In this document: positions 1-14,100 of the stretch, piece by piece
Layout: every line of letters begins with the position of its first letter
How positions within the stretch are numbered: position 1 is the first letter of the stretch
Source: Malacoraja senta
Lineage: Eukaryota
Length of the DNA: 64,000 nt
Reading direction: 5' to 3'
Assembly (NCBI GenBank): GCA_038087875.1
Contig: CM075992.1
Coordinates: 4,528,001 to 4,592,000 of the forward strand
The notes under the pieces: generated by a model
Database searches by the model: none
Seen by the model: the letters and a program-made list of their open reading frames with translations, nothing else
Told to the model about the DNA's origin: nothing
Position numbers and translations under genes: made by a program

Positions 1-1360
1 GAAAGATGCTGGAGTCAATTATTAAAGAGGTAATAATGGGGCATTTGGATAGCAGTAAAAGGATTAGTCCAAGTCAACATGGATTTATGAAAGGGAAATC
101 ATGCTTAACGAATCTTCTGGAATTTTTTGAGGATGTGACAAGTAAAATAGATGAAGGGGTGCCAGTGGATGTAGTGTATCTAGACTGTCAGAAAGCCTTT
201 GATGAGTTCCCACACGGGAGACTGGTGACTAAAATTAGAGCACATGGTATTGGGGGTAGGGTGTTGACATGGATAGAAAATTGGTTGGCAGACCGGAAGC
301 AAAGAGTAGGAGTGAATGGGTCCTATTCAGAATGGCAGGCAGTGGCGAGTGGAGTGCCGCAAGGCTCGGTGTTGGGGCCGCAACTGTTTACCATATATAT
401 GAATGATTTGGAAGAAGGTATTAGGAGCAACACTAGCAAGTTTGCGGATGACACAAAGCTGGGTGGCAGCGTGAACTGTGAAGAGGATGTTAGGAGGTTG
501 CAGGGTGACCTGGACAGGTTGAGTGAGTGGGCAGATGCGTGGCAGATGCAGTATAATATAGATAAATGTGAGGTTATCCACTTTGGCGGCAAAAACAAGG
601 GGGCAGATTATTATCTCAATGGGGTTAGGTAAGGGGAAGGTGCAGCGAGACCTGGGCGTCCTTGTACACCGGTCACTGAAAGTTGGCTTACAGGTACAGC
701 AGGCAGTAAAGTAAGCTAATGGAATGTTGGCCTTCATAACAAGAGGATTTCAGTATAGGAGTAAAGAGGTTCTTCTGCAGTTGTATGGGGCTCTGGTGAG
801 ACCACATCTGGAGTATTGTGTACAGTTTTGGTCTCCTAATTTGAGGAAGGACATCCTTGTGATTGAGGCAGTGCAGCGTAGGTTCACAAGATTGATCCCT
901 GGGATGGCGGGACTGTCATATGAGGAAAGATTGAAAAGACTAGGCTTGTATTCACTGGAGTTTAGAAGGATGAGGGGGAATCTTATAGAAACATATAAAA
1001 TTATAATAGAACTGGACAAGCTGGATGCAGGAAAAATGTTCCCAATGTTGGGCGAGTCCAGAACCAGGGGCCACAGTCTTAGAATAAAGGGGAGGTCATT
1101 TAAGACTGAGGTGAGAAAAAACTTTTTCACCCATAGAGTTGTGAATTTATGGAATTCCCTGCCACAGAGGGCAGTGGAGGCCAAGTCACTGGATGGATTT
1201 AAGAGAGAGTTAGATAGAGCTCGAGGGACTAGTGGAGTCAAGGGATATGGGGAGAAGGCAGGCATGGGTTATTGTGATCAGCCATGATTACAATGAATGG
1301 CGGTCCTGGCTCGAAGGGCCGAATGGCCTCCTCCTGCACCTATTTTCTATGTTTCTATGT
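1..1360 (+). mobile_element. CR1-clade LINE, 3' part (RT domain, disrupted), truncated by window start
   Basis: [39 protein letters not shown]; (TCTATGTT)-type tail. Confidence 0.95.
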
Positions 1361-3066
1361 TTAAACATTGTGTTTAGTGGGGGAGTGTGAAAGGGGAGAG
1401 GTGAGGGAGAGAGTGACTGAGGGTAGGGAAAAGGAGAGGGAGGGAGAGGTGACAGAGAGACCATGGGATCAGCAGCTTCAAGGGGAGAAAGGAGAGAGTG
1501 AGATTTCCCTCCTTCCCCCCCCCACACGTGGGAAGGATTGAGAGAGACAGTGAAAGAAAGGCAGTTATGACGTCACAATGCCCTACCAGCTACAATGTTG
1601 ATATCCCAGAACAGCAAATATACTTCAGGTAAAGAATCTGCCAGCCTAACCCAGCACAGCAAAGTTGAATGATTATATTTGGATAACAAAAGATGGCCTT
1701 GTCTTATGGCACCTACATCACAATAAATCTTAGTGCAATTGCATTTTTTTAAAGTTTAAAATGAGGGAGGGTGAAAATATTAGCTGACCTGCACTGTTGG
1801 GGGCTATGGGTGAGTGATGGAATATTACATTGGGGGAACGGGTTGCGTAGGGGGAACGGGTGAATGGTGGAATCTTACCTTGCGGAACGGTTTGCGTTGG
1901 GGGACCAGGCCTCCCATGTGACAGGGACCCAACAGGTGAGTGGTGGAATGCTATGTTGTGGAACGGCTTGCATTGGTGGACCTGGCCTCCCGTGGGGGCT
2001 CTGGGTGAGTGGTGTAATATTGCGTTGGGGGAAGGGATTACGTTGGGGGAATGGGTGAGTGGCGGAATAATCTTGTTTGTTTGTATGTATGTGTGCATGC
2101 GTGTGCGCTATATTCCAAAACCCTGCTACCATTTTTGGACCACCTTATTCACTATTATCCTGGAAAGTAAAAGAAACAAGTTTTGTTCGGATTGATGGAA
2201 TATTTTACAAGTTATTGACATTTTAAACTTTCCAGAAATCACTTTTCAAACCACTTTTCCACTTGCCCTGCCCGTCAGCCACGTTACAATGATGTCACAA
2301 TGGGATCCCAAATCTCATTTACATTAAAAAATCGTGATTTTCAAAAAAACAGTTTTAATTCAATTCTTCCGTTTTCATTAACAGCTAACATTGTGTTTAG
2401 GTTATTTTAAAGAAAAAACGCGATTTTCATTGTGGGGGTTGGGATTGGGGGGAGGTTTCATTTAAAAAAACGTGATTTTCATTGTGGGGGAGGTGGAAGA
2501 GGGGGAGGTGACGAGTGAGGGAGCAGGGAGATAGAGGGAGAATAAAGTGGGGGAGCTGAGGATGGAGAGTGGGGGAGGAGGGGGGTAGAGGGAGAGGAGG
2601 GAGGGAGTGGGTGAGATAGGAAATGGGAGAGGAGGGCAGTGGAAGAGGTGAGGAGGGAGAGGGGGTGGGATTGAGGGGAGATAAGGAGTGGGGGAGCAGG
2701 GAGATAGAAGGAGAGGAGGAGGTAGGGAGAGGAGAGCGGTTTTGGACGGAGGGAGTGACTGAGGGTAGCGGAAAGGAGAGGGAGGGAGATTGAGGGAGGG
2801 AGTGGGGGAGGGGAGGAGGAGAGGAAAGAAGAGGGAGGGTGAAACGAGGGAGTGCTGGGTGATGAGGGGGAATGGAAGAGGATAGGGGTAAGGAAGAGGG
2901 ATGGCGAGGCGCAGTTCGGGGAGGGTTGCCGTGACTCACGTCACAACGGGGATCTCTGGCGTCACAACAGGAGCCCCTTGGCCGCACCTGTGCTGTTGGG
3001 GGCTATGGGTGAGTGGTGGAATATCGCGTGGGAGGAACGGGACCCAGCAAGTCCCACTTGGTCTAG
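1360..3066 (+). mobile_element. Non-autonomous Helitron-like element(s); 5' end uncertain
   Basis: Ends gggacccagcaagtccc-acttggt-CTAG|T; internal motifs shared with other copies. Confidence 0.6.
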
Positions 3067-3114
3067 TCCTTTATAATAATTCTTGTAACTATAAAACTCT
3101 GATCTTGGATGTGG

Positions 3115-3159
<45 letters not shown>

Positions 3160-4690
3160 ATTTACCCCCTGGAGTCCAAAATCGGCTTACCTGAAAATGT
3201 TTATTTTTGAGTTATGAATAAAAATCTTCACAAATCCGATCAAAGTTTGAATTCAAAACGCCAGATTTTTTGTTGATGACGTGACAATGGATCTACCTGC
3301 CTGCCGTGCCGTCTGCGCGCGCTGCGACTGACGTCACCCCCCCCCCCCCCCGACCACTCTCCCCGTACTCGGGCCATGCCTACCAAAGATCATAGAGCAA
3401 AGCCTGCAGCCTGGAACGATGTTCGGGAACCAGCCCTCCCCTCTGACGACGTGTACCCCCTCCCCTCACACTCTACCCCACTCCCTCTCTGCCCCCCTCA
3501 CCGTCCTTCTCTGCCTCCCGTGGGGTCAACGGGTAGAGGACGGGTATTTTTTGCAGCTGGGAGCGAGGGATTATTGTGTTCTGGAACCATTCCTCCCCTG
3601 TAACGACGCCCCCCCACCCCTAAAACTCTACCCCCCTCGCTCTCTGCCCGTCTCACACTCCCTTTCACCCACCCCTCCCTCTCTGTGCCTCTGTGTCCCT
3701 CTCTGTGTCTCTGTGTCACTCTGTGTGCCTCTGTGTCGCTCTGTCAGGGCTCAAAATTAACTGTTGCCCGGGTGCCAATGGCCACCTAACGTCCTGCCGG
3801 GCAACCTCAAAGTCGTGTAATTTTGCCCGGCTTGGCAAGCACCCGGGACAGCTGCCGTTCAACGGGCCCCCCTCTCTATCTCTCTGTCTCTCTCCATCTC
3901 CGCCCACCATCCGTATCCGGGTCCGGGCCGCTGGTTCTGCGCTCTCCGTCGCTCCTCATCCGCTGGCATGGCCGGCCGCCTTGACATGCGCACTGCCACG
4001 GCCAGCACATCCTCCCCCTGCACATGCGCACAACCAGGGCCAGCACATCATCAGCCGCCGTGCACATGCGCACTGTCACGGCACCTGGTCGGCGCCGGCC
4101 ACTTTCTCTTTCCCTTTGCATTGTGGGAGATCTGGCCGCCATTGCTGTCCGGTCACCGCCTCACTGCGACCGCTGAAAACCAACGCAGAATCACTCCGTG
4201 GAGCTGGAGTAACTCTCTGGAGTAACTCTTGCTTCTTGGTTTCCTGGTCCTCCAAAAATATTCTGAATGGAATTTAAACTGGAGGTGGTGGAGGGTCCAT
4301 CATCAAACTCCAAACTCTGAACAATAACAGCCTATTGCACTTTATCTGTTTATCCGTTTCGACATTTGATAAATGCCTTATCAAGTGACGTTTTGGTAGA
4401 GACCCTTATTTATACTCCCTCTGGTTTTAATGTTTTTAGTTTAATTTAAAGATACAGCGTGGAAACAGGCCCTTCGGCCCACCGAGTCCACACCGACCAC
4501 CGATCACCCGTACACTAGTTCTATCCCACACATTAGCGGCGTAAGTCAAGAGTGTTTTATTCTCTCACGTACCAGTTAGAACAATGAAATCCTTACTTGC
4601 AGCAGCACAACAGAATATGTAAAGATAGTACTCTGTAAACAATGTTATAAATGAGAAAACAAAATGTATATTTATATATGAATATATCTA

Positions 4691-5896
4691 TCTATATTTA
4701 AAACTCTGTGTGTGTTTCTGCCTGTGTGTGTGTGTTTCTGCCTGTCTTGTGGGTGCCAGCCTTCCTTTGATTCGTTGCTACGCCAACACCACACGCAGAA
4801 ACGCCGAGATTTTTTCCATTTCGGTAGAGATTTCACTTTTCATTCCAAGTATCCACTTCTGATTAAATTTCGTCATGTTTATGTACACATTTTTAATAAA
4901 ATCCTACTCCCCCCCCCCCCAAAAAATGTCAAAATGTTTTTAAAAAAACAGCTCTCACCCATAGAATGTTGGTGAACGTTCCATCGTGTGATGTCACTGC
5001 CCAATGCTCACATATGTCCAATCGGAATGGATCCATTTACATATGCCTTTGCAGCAGCCCCAGCCCCAGCCCTCCCCCCCCACCCCCGCAGCCTGTGTCG
5101 AAGCGCGTCATCACGTTTGTGGGAATAGAGAAAGAGGATTGGGGGTGATAGGGAATGGGGAACAGATGGACTGTCCCTACCCCTCCCCTTCCACTCTCCC
5201 ACCCCCACTATTCCCCTCTCTCCCCCCCACCCCTCTCCCCCTCCCTCCACACACTTCCCCCTCCCTCCCCTACCCCATCTCCCTCCTCCCCTCCCTCCCC
5301 CCCTCTCCCCATCCCTCTCTCCCCCTCCCCATCCCTCTCTCCTCCCCCTCTCCATCTCCCTCTCCTTCCCCCATCCCTCTCACCCCACCCCCCTTCCCTC
5401 TCCCCCCTTCCCTCCCCCACCCCTTCCCTCTCTCCCCACCCCCCCTTCCCTCTCCAACCCCCTTCCCTCTCTCCCCCACCCCCTTCCCCTCTCCAGTCTT
5501 CCCCCTCCATCCACACTCTTCCCCCTCTACCCCCTAACCCTATCTCTGCTCTCTCTCTTTGATCTTTATCTTTTTCTCCGCCCTCTCTCTCTCTTCCACT
5601 CTGTCTGTACACACTCTCTCTGCCCCCCCCTCTAGATGCACCTGAGAGGTGAGGGCTATTCGTCAGTGGATAGGGTGGAGATGGGATAAAAGAAGCCCAT
5701 TAATAAAATTAAGATAATATCAAGGGGTGTGATGAGTGTGTGTGTTTGTGGGTGCCAGATTCCCACCCCGCAACCGTGCTTTGGAGGAACAGACCCAACG
5801 GGGGGGGGGGGGTGGTTAGTGTGATGCCGCAGCCCCCCCCCCCCCCCGCAAACGCGCGTTGGGGAAACAGACCTAACGGGTCTGCACTTAGTCTGG
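4691..5896 (+). mobile_element. Non-autonomous Helitron-like element
   Basis: A|TCTATATTTAAAACTCTG ... cagacctaacgggtctg-cacttagt-CTGG|T. Confidence 0.75.
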
Positions 5897-5946
5897 TAAC
5901 TATATAAATATACATATATATATATGTGTGTGTATATAATATTCAT

Positions 5947-5977
<31 letters not shown>

Positions 5978-6679
5978 CTTTCTTTCTTTCTCTCTTCCCC
6001 CCTCCCCCCCTCTCTTCCTAGGCCTCCTCCATGGCCAGAAAGAACTGTAGATGCTGGTTTAAACTGAACATAGACACAAAAGGCTGGAGTAACTCAACAG
6101 GTCAGATAGAATCTCAGGACAAAAGGAAAATATTACGTTTTGGGTTGGGTCTGAATTAAGTTCCTGCACACCTTTGGAATGTGAAGGAAACAAGAGCACC
6201 TGGAGAAAACCCATGCGTTCAAAGGGAAAAGGAGCAAACTCCATATGGACAGCACCCATATTCAGGATCAATTCTGGGTCTCTGGCACTTTTAGGCAGCA
6301 ACTTTATGGCCAATGTACTGCCCCATAGTCTTGAACTGAATTAAAAATATACAGTAGCTGTGAAGGGGGACATAGCATCGCTTAGAGATTTAAGACTGAA
6401 AATGAATAGTTTCTTGTTTTTAGTAACCAAAGTTATCAACGTATAATTTTGTGTGTGTTGGAAAACAAAATATAGAGGCACAGCTAGCAGACTTGCTGTC
6501 TCACACGCCAGAGATCTGTGTTTGATCCTGTCCTCGGGCACTGTCTTTGTTGAATTTGCACATTCTCCCTGCAAGTGTGTGGGTTTCCTCCCACATCCCA
6601 AAGACACATTGGCTTTGTAGGTTAACTTGTCTCTGTAAAATTGCCCCTAATGTGTAAAACAAAGTGGGATAACAAAACT

Positions 6680-7860
6680 TTGTAAATGGGTAAACAAAAA
6701 TGTTGGAGAAACTCAGCGGGTAGGCAGCATCTATGGAGCGAAGGAAATAGGCGACGTTTCGGGTCGAGACCCTTCTTCACACTGATGTCAGGGTGGGGGG
6801 GTGGGGGATGGAAAAAGAAAGGAAGAGGCGGAGACAGTGGGCTGAGGGAGAGCTGGGAAGGGGAGGAGAAAGCAGGGACTACCTGAAATTGGAGGTCATT
6901 GTTCATACCGCTGGTGTGTAAACTGCCCAAGCGAAATATGAAGTACTGCTCTTCCAATTTATGGTGGGCCTCACTCTGGCCATGGAGGAGGCCCAGTACA
7001 GAAAGGTCGGATTCCGAATGGGAGGGGGAGTTGAAGTGCTGAGCCACTGGGAGATCAGGTTGGTTATTGCGAATTCAACTGAAGTGTTGGGTGAAGCGAT
7101 CGCCAAGCCTGAGCTTGGTCTCACCGACGTAGAGCAGCTGACACCTAGAGCAGCGGATGCAATAGATGAGGTTGGGGGAGGTGCAGGTGAACCTCTGCCG
7201 CACCTGGAAAGACTGCTTGGATCCTTGAATAGAGTCAAGGGGGGATGTAAAGCATCAAGTGTAGCATTTCCTGTGGTTGCAAGGGAAAGTGCCAGGAGAG
7301 GGGGTAGTTTGGGTGGGAAAGGATGAATTGACCAGGGAGTTACAGAGGGAGCGGTCTCTGCAGAAAGCCGAGAGGGGAGGAGATGGAAAGATGTGGCCAG
7401 TGGTGGGATCCCATTGGTAGACAAAAAAGCTGGAGAAAATCAGCGGGTGAGGCAGCATCCATGGAGCGAAGGAATAAGCGACGTTTCGGGTCGAGACCCT
7501 TCTTCAGACTGATGTCGGGGGAGGACGGGAAAAAGAAAGGAAGAGGTGGAGACAGTAGGCTGTGGGAGAGCTGGGAATGGAAGGGGAAGGAGGAAGAAAG
7601 CAAGGACTGCCTGCAATTGGAGAAGCCAATGTTCATACCACTGGGGTGTAAACTACCCAAGTGAAATATGAGGCGCTGTTCCTCCAATTTGCGGTGGGCC
7701 TCACTCTGGCCATGGAGGAGGCCCAGGACAGAAAGGTCAGATTTAGAATGGGAGGGGGAGTTGAAGTGTTGAGCTACCGGGAGAGCAGGTTGGTTATTGC
7801 GAACTGAGTGGAGGTATTGTGCGAAGTGATCGCCAAGGCTGTGCTTGGTCTCACCGAGGT
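6680..7860 (-). mobile_element. Two tandem 5'-truncated Penelope-like retroelement copies (GIY-YIG endonuclease end); duplicated at ~11175-12355
   Basis: GETK..LGD.F.., VAQHFNSPSHS..DLSVLGL, KLEEQ.LIF.LG; repeated tail gaagaagggtctcgacccgaaacgtcgc. Confidence 0.85.
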
Positions 7861-8839
7861 TGATCATATGCTGAATAATCCAACCACATTTTTGTTTGGA
7901 AGTGGAAAGAAATAATAGAACTTGCATTCAATGCAACGTGTAAAAAGAGTTGATATACTGTATTATAATTTTCCTGCATGTCTTTGTGGTATATATCATG
8001 TCTTGTTTGGCACGGACACTATAATAACTGGCACTGGCCACTTCAATAACTGGCACTGGCCACTCAAATCAGCCACCCCGGACATGTTTATGATTGGTCT
8101 TACTGTATTTTAACATTGTTTTTATCTATTTTAACTTTATACTGTTCCATCAGGGACTGGATTGTTTTTAGTGTTGTTATTATGTGTGAAATGTTTTAAA
8201 CTTCATGTGCGATGCTCCGGTATTCCCTGGGAAACGTCTTTTCGTTTTGCACTGCACAACTGTTGCTTGCAAGATGACAATATAGGAATTGAATTGAATT
8301 GAATTGAATTGAATTGAATATGTTTAGTTTGTGATTTCATTTGAAGCAGAAATAATATGTGAATGCTTCATTGACCATCATTCCCTACTGGTAACTACGC
8401 ACTTTGTCCGAGCACATTATCGCACACGTCATGCAAGCTGTCTTAAATGACCACCTAAACTGTCATTTGGCAACCTTAAAAGCTGCCAAGGTTGCCCAGC
8501 TAACAACAACTGTCCATCTCTGTGCCTCCCTGTATCCCTCTCTGTGCATCCCTGTGTCCCTCTCTGTGCATCCCTGTGTCCCTCTCTGTGCATCCCTGTG
8601 TCCCTCTCTCTGTACCCCCCCCTCTCTAGCCACGCCTGTGAGTTGGGAGCTATACGTGAGTGGATAGGGGAGGGGATGGGGTAAAAGGAGTGAATGAATA
8701 ATATTAATATAATATCAATGGGGGTGGTTAGTGCGTGTGTGTGAGGAGTTGGTGTGTGTGTGTGACGCCGCAGGCTGCCTCCTCCCCCCACAACCGTGCG
8801 TTGAGGGGACGAGACCCAACGGATCCCACTTGGTCTAGT

Positions 8840-9535
8840 GACTCTAAAATCAAAAATCTTACCAACCACTGAAGGAAGACTAACCGGCCTATCGTTCTCA
8901 CTATTGCTCCCTTCTTTTACAGAGGGATAATATTGGCAATTTTCCAATCATCTGGAACCACTCCTGACTCTGGTGATTCTTGAAATATCACTTTTAATGC
9001 CTCCACAATCTCTAAAGCCACCTCTTTCAGAACCCCAGGGATTAGTCCATCCGGTCCAGGTGACATCCACCGTCAGCATTTTCAGCTTCCCAAGCACCTT
9101 CTCCTTAGTAATAGCTACTCCACTAACTTCTACCCCCTGACTCTCTTGAATTTCAGGCACTTTGCTCTTACCTCTTTCTTACTCTTTATATAACTGTCAT
9201 TCCTGCTAGGGTCCCTTGCCAGTCAACTTTGGCCAGCTCTTCCCTCATGCCTCTGTACTCCCCTTTGCTCAGCTATACCGATATATTCCATTTCACCTTC
9301 TTCCTCTCCATTTGCAGGTTAAATCTTATCATGTTGTGGTTGTTACCTCCCAGTGGTTCTTTTACCTTGAGTTCTCCTTTCAAATCCAGTTTATTACACC
9401 ATACTAAATCCAGAATTGCCTTTTCCCTGGTTGGTTCCACTACAAGCATCTCGGAGGCACCCTTTCTTCCAGTACTAACCTGATTTTCCCAGTCTACCTG
9501 CATATTGAAATCTTCCATGACCAGCATAGCATTGC
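8840..9535 (-). mobile_element. CR1 ORF2 internal fragments (endonuclease/tether); repeated at ~13335-14030 and ~14587-14860
   Basis: DFNMQVDW, EPTREKAILDLV, DRPVSLPSVVGKI. Confidence 0.85.
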
Positions 9536-10563
9536 CTTTCCATCTGTGAAATGGCGTGGAGATGGGAAAATGTAGCTAGAGGTGGCAAACATATTGGAGG
9601 ATATGATGCCCGGGTATGGAACACCTCATCTTCGGCGCAGATGTGGCGTAGACAGAGAAAATGGGAGTAGGGAATAGAGTCTTTGCAGGAGGCAGGGTGG
9701 GAAGAAGTGTTCTTCCTTATCTCTGTGTCTCCCTCTCCCCTGACTCTCAGTCTGAAGAAGGGTCTTGATGTGAAACGTCACCCATTCGTTCTATCCAGAG
9801 ATGCTGCCTGTCCCGCTAAGTTACTCCAGCATTTTGTGTCTACGGTGTAAACCAACATCTGCAGTTCTTACTAAACTTATAAAGGTGTTTTGAATAAATA
9901 AGGAAATGGGGAATATTTTTAGTTTTATAGTTAGTTTTAGAGATAGAGCATGGAAACATGCCCTTTAGCAGTGACAGCATGTGATGTGCAGCCAAGATGC
10001 TCTTGTATTTTTTCTTAAATCGAAACAGCCAATATATCACAGCCTGGATGTTAGGGTGGGAAATAGTTTTCTGAGATTTAGTTTAGAGATATTGCGTGGA
10101 AACTGGGCTTTTGGCCCACTTGGTCCACATTGATCAACCATTCGCATTAGTTCTGTGTTATCCTACTTTTGGGTGACTATGTTGGTGTTGCTTCTGACAT
10201 TCATCTAGAAGCCAAATTTCTTTAAATTATTGTCAATTTCTGCCGTGCTCTTATGTTTGTATCTGACCCTTCCCTTTTCTGACTTGATTTTTCGAACTTC
10301 ATTTTGAGGGATATGTTAGCAAACTGTATCCACTCTAAAACCACTGACTCCCTCAGTTATCTCAATTGCATATCCAACCCATGTCATTGTGATGCTCCAT
10401 TCCTTGTTTCATTGTATCCACTCTGATGACAAGATTGTTCATGTTTTGCCTTTTAAAATATTGCAGTGAATTTTGGCATTAAAAAAATTGATTATTTGGC
10501 TTTATTTATTGAAAACCGTTGGCCTAAATAATGTTTTACAACTTATTTTAAGCTGCAATGTAA

Positions 10564-10705
10564 TTAGTTATCGCACTCAAAGGTCTGAAGGTCATCGGCA
10601 AACAGCCTCAGGTCGTTACAGAGTTCTCTGAACATCTCCTGTTGGCATTCTGCATTGCTTGGCCACCTTTCTATCCATGTGTTTTCTCCAATCAGATATC
10701 TCACT
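10564..10705 (-). other. C3: Second copy of the C3 terminal exon within a duplicated segment (probable assembly duplicate)
   Basis: Identical translation to 15888-16029; lies next to the N gap. Confidence 0.85.
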
Positions 10706-10929
10706 CTGAAATATTGAAACACCAGTAAAAATGAGGACAAGCATAGGGAACAGATAAGAGACATTTTCTAAATGTATTCTAAATTAACAAGATGTCCATT
10801 AAACTCTTTGACCTTAACAAGGGTTCATATAGGGTTGATACTGAGAAGATATTTCCACCTGCAGTGATTCCTGAAGTTGAAAACCACCAATGTAAAATAA
10901 TCACAATGAAAGATAGTGGAAATTTAGAA

Positions 10930-11129
10930 NNNNNNNNNNNNNNNNNNNNNNNNNNNNNNNNNNNNNNNNNNNNNNNNNNNNNNNNNNNNNNNNNNNNNNN
11001 NNNNNNNNNNNNNNNNNNNNNNNNNNNNNNNNNNNNNNNNNNNNNNNNNNNNNNNNNNNNNNNNNNNNNNNNNNNNNNNNNNNNNNNNNNNNNNNNNNNN
11101 NNNNNNNNNNNNNNNNNNNNNNNNNNNNN
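10930..11129. other. Assembly gap (200 N)
   Basis: Run of N. Confidence 1.
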
Positions 11130-14100
11130 AAAATTGCCCCTAATGTGTAAAACAAAGTGGGATAACAAAACTTTGTAAATGGGTAAACAAAAATGTTGGA
11201 GAAACTCAGCGGGTAGGCAGCATCTATGGAGCGAAGGAAATAGGCGACGTTTCGGGTCGAGACCTTCTTCACACTGATGTCAGGGTGGGGGGGGTGGGGG
11301 ATGGGAAAAAGAAAGGAAGAGGCGGAGACAGTGGGCTGAGGGAGAGCTGGGAAGGGGAGGAGAAAGCAGGGACTACCTGAAATTGGAGGTCATTGTTCAT
11401 ACCGCTGGTGTGGTAAACTGCCCAAGCGAAATATGAAGTACTGCTCTTCCAATTTATGGTGGGCCTCACTCTGGCCATGGAGGAGGCCCAGTACAGAAAG
11501 GTCGGATTCCGAATGGGAGGGGGAGTTGAAGTGCTGAGCCACTGGGAGATCAGGTTGGTTATTGCGAATTCAACTGAAGTGTTGGGTGAAGCGATCGCCA
11601 AGCCTGAGCTTGGTCTCACCGACGTAGAGCAGCTGACACCTAGAGCAGTGGATGCAATAGATGAGGTTGGGGGAGGTGCAGGTGAACCTCTGCCGCACCT
11701 GGAAAGACTGCTTGGATCCTTGAATAGAGTCAAGGGGGGATGTAAAGCATCAAGTGTAGCATTTCCTGTGGTTGCAAGGGAAAGTGCCAGGAGAGGGGGT
11801 AGTTTGGGTGGGAAAGGATGAATTGACCAGGGAGTTACAGAGGGAGCGGTCTCTGCGGAAAGCCGAGAGGGGAGGAGATGGAAAGATGTGGCCAGTGGTG
11901 GGATCCCATTGGTAGACAAAAAAGCTGGAGAAAATCAGCGGGTGAGGCAGCATCCATGGAGCGAAGGAATAAGCGACGTTTCGGGTCGAGACCCTTCTTC
12001 AGACTGATGTCGGGGGAGGACGGGAAAAAGAAAGGAAGAGGTGGAGACAGTAGGCTGTGGGAGAGCTGGGAATGGAAGGGGAAGGAGGAAGAAAGCAAGG
12101 ACTGCCTGCAATTGGAGAAGCCAATGTTCATACCACTGGGGTGTAAACTACCCAAGTGAAATATGAGGCGCTGTTCCTCCAATTTGCGGTGGGCCTCACT
12201 CTGGCCATGGAGGAGGCCCAGGACAGAAAGGTCAGATTTAGAATGGGAGGGGGAGTTGAAGTGTTGAGCTACCGGGAGAGCAGGTTGGTTATTGCGAACT
12301 GAGTGGAGGTATTGTGCGAAGTGATCGCCAAGGCTGTGCTTGGTCTCACCGAGGTTGATCATATGCTGAATAATCCAACCACATTTTGTTTGGAAGTGGA
12401 AAGAAATAATAGAACTTGCATTCAATGCAACGTGTAAAAAGAGTTGATATACTGTATTATAATTTTCCTGCATGTCTTTGTGGTATATATCATGTCTTGT
12501 TTGGCACGGACACTATAATAACTGGCACTGGCCACTTCAATAACTGGCACTGGCCACTCAAATCAGCCACCCCGGACATGTTTATGATTGGTCTTACTGT
12601 ATTTTAACATTGTTTTTATCTATTTTAACTTTATACTGTTCCATCAGGGACTGGATTGTTTTTAGTGTTGTTATTATGTGTGAAATGTTTTAAACTTCAT
12701 GTGCGATGCTCCGGTATTCCCTGGGAAACGTCTTTTCGTTTTGCACTGCACAACTGTTGCTTGCAAGATGACAATATAGGAATTGAATGAATTGAATTGA
12801 ATTGAATTGAATATGTTTAGTTTGTGATTTCATTTGAAGCAGAAATAATATGTGAATGCTTCATTGACCATCATTCCCTACTGGTAACTACGCACTTTGT
12901 CCGAGCACATTATCGCACACGTCATGCAAGCTGTCTTAAATGACCACCTAAACTGTCATTTGGCAACCTTAAAAGCTGCCAAGGTTGCCCAGCTAACAAC
13001 TGTCCATCTCTGTGCCTCCCTGTATCCCTCTCTGTGCATCCCTGTGTCCCTCTCTGTGCATCCCTGTGTCCCTCTCTGTGCATCCTTGTGTCCGTCTCTC
13101 TGTACCCCCCCCCCCCTCTCTAGCCACGCCTGTGAGTTGGGAGCTATACGTGAGTGGATAGGGGAGGGGATGGGGTAAAAGGAGTGAATGAATAATATTA
13201 ATATAATATCAATGGGGGTGGTTAGTGCGTGTGTGTGAGGAGTTGGTGTGTGTGTGTGACGCCGCAGGCTGCCCTCCTCCCCCCACAACCGTGCGTTGAG
13301 GGGACGAGACCCAACGGATCCCACTTGGTCTAGTGACTCTAAAATCAAAAATCTTACCAACCACTGAAGGAAGACTAACCGGCCTATCGTTCTCACTATT
13401 GCTCCCTTCTTTTACAGAGGGATAATATTGGCAATTTTCCAATCATCTGGAACCACTCCTGACTCTGGTGATTCTTGACAATATCACTTTTAATGCCTCC
13501 ACAATCTCTAAAGCCACCTCTTTCAGAACCCCAGGGATTAGTCCATCCGGTCCAGGTGACATCCACCGTCAGCATTTTCAGCTTCCAAGCACCTTCTCCT
13601 TAGTAATAGCTACTCCACTAACTTCTACCCCCTGACTCTCTTGAATTTCAGGCACTTTGCTCTTACCTCTTTCTTACTCTTTATATAACTGTCATTCCTG
13701 CTAGGGTCCCTTGCCAGTCAACTTTGGCCAGCCCTTCCCTCATGCCTCTGTACTCCCCTTTGCTCAGCTATACCGATATATTCCATTTCACCTTCTTCCT
13801 CTCCATTTGCAGGTTAAATCTTATCATGTTGTGGTTGTTACCTCCAGTGGTTCTTTTACCTTGAGTTCTCCTTTCAAATCCAGTTTATTACACCATACTA
13901 AATCCAGAATTGCCTTTTCCCTGGTTGGTTCCACTACAAGCATCTCGGAGGCACCCTTTCTTCCAGTACTAACCTGATTTTCCCAGTCTACCTGCATATT
14001 GAAATCTTCCATGACCAGCATAGCATTGCCTTTCCATCTGTGAAATGGCGTGGAGATGGGAAAATGTAGCTAGAGGTGGCAAACATATTGGAGGATATGA

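Larger units (their letters stand above)
3067..8838 (+). mobile_element. Helitron-like element, apparently split (3067-3744 and ~8512-8838) by nested insertions; 3' part repeated ending at 13333
   Basis: Starts TCCTTTATAATAA..TATAAAACTCTG directly after the preceding CTAG; ends gagacccaacggatcccacttggtCTAG|T. Confidence 0.55.

Noticed and set aside
10779..11272. ORFs spanning the N gap
   Set aside because: Artefacts of translating N bases
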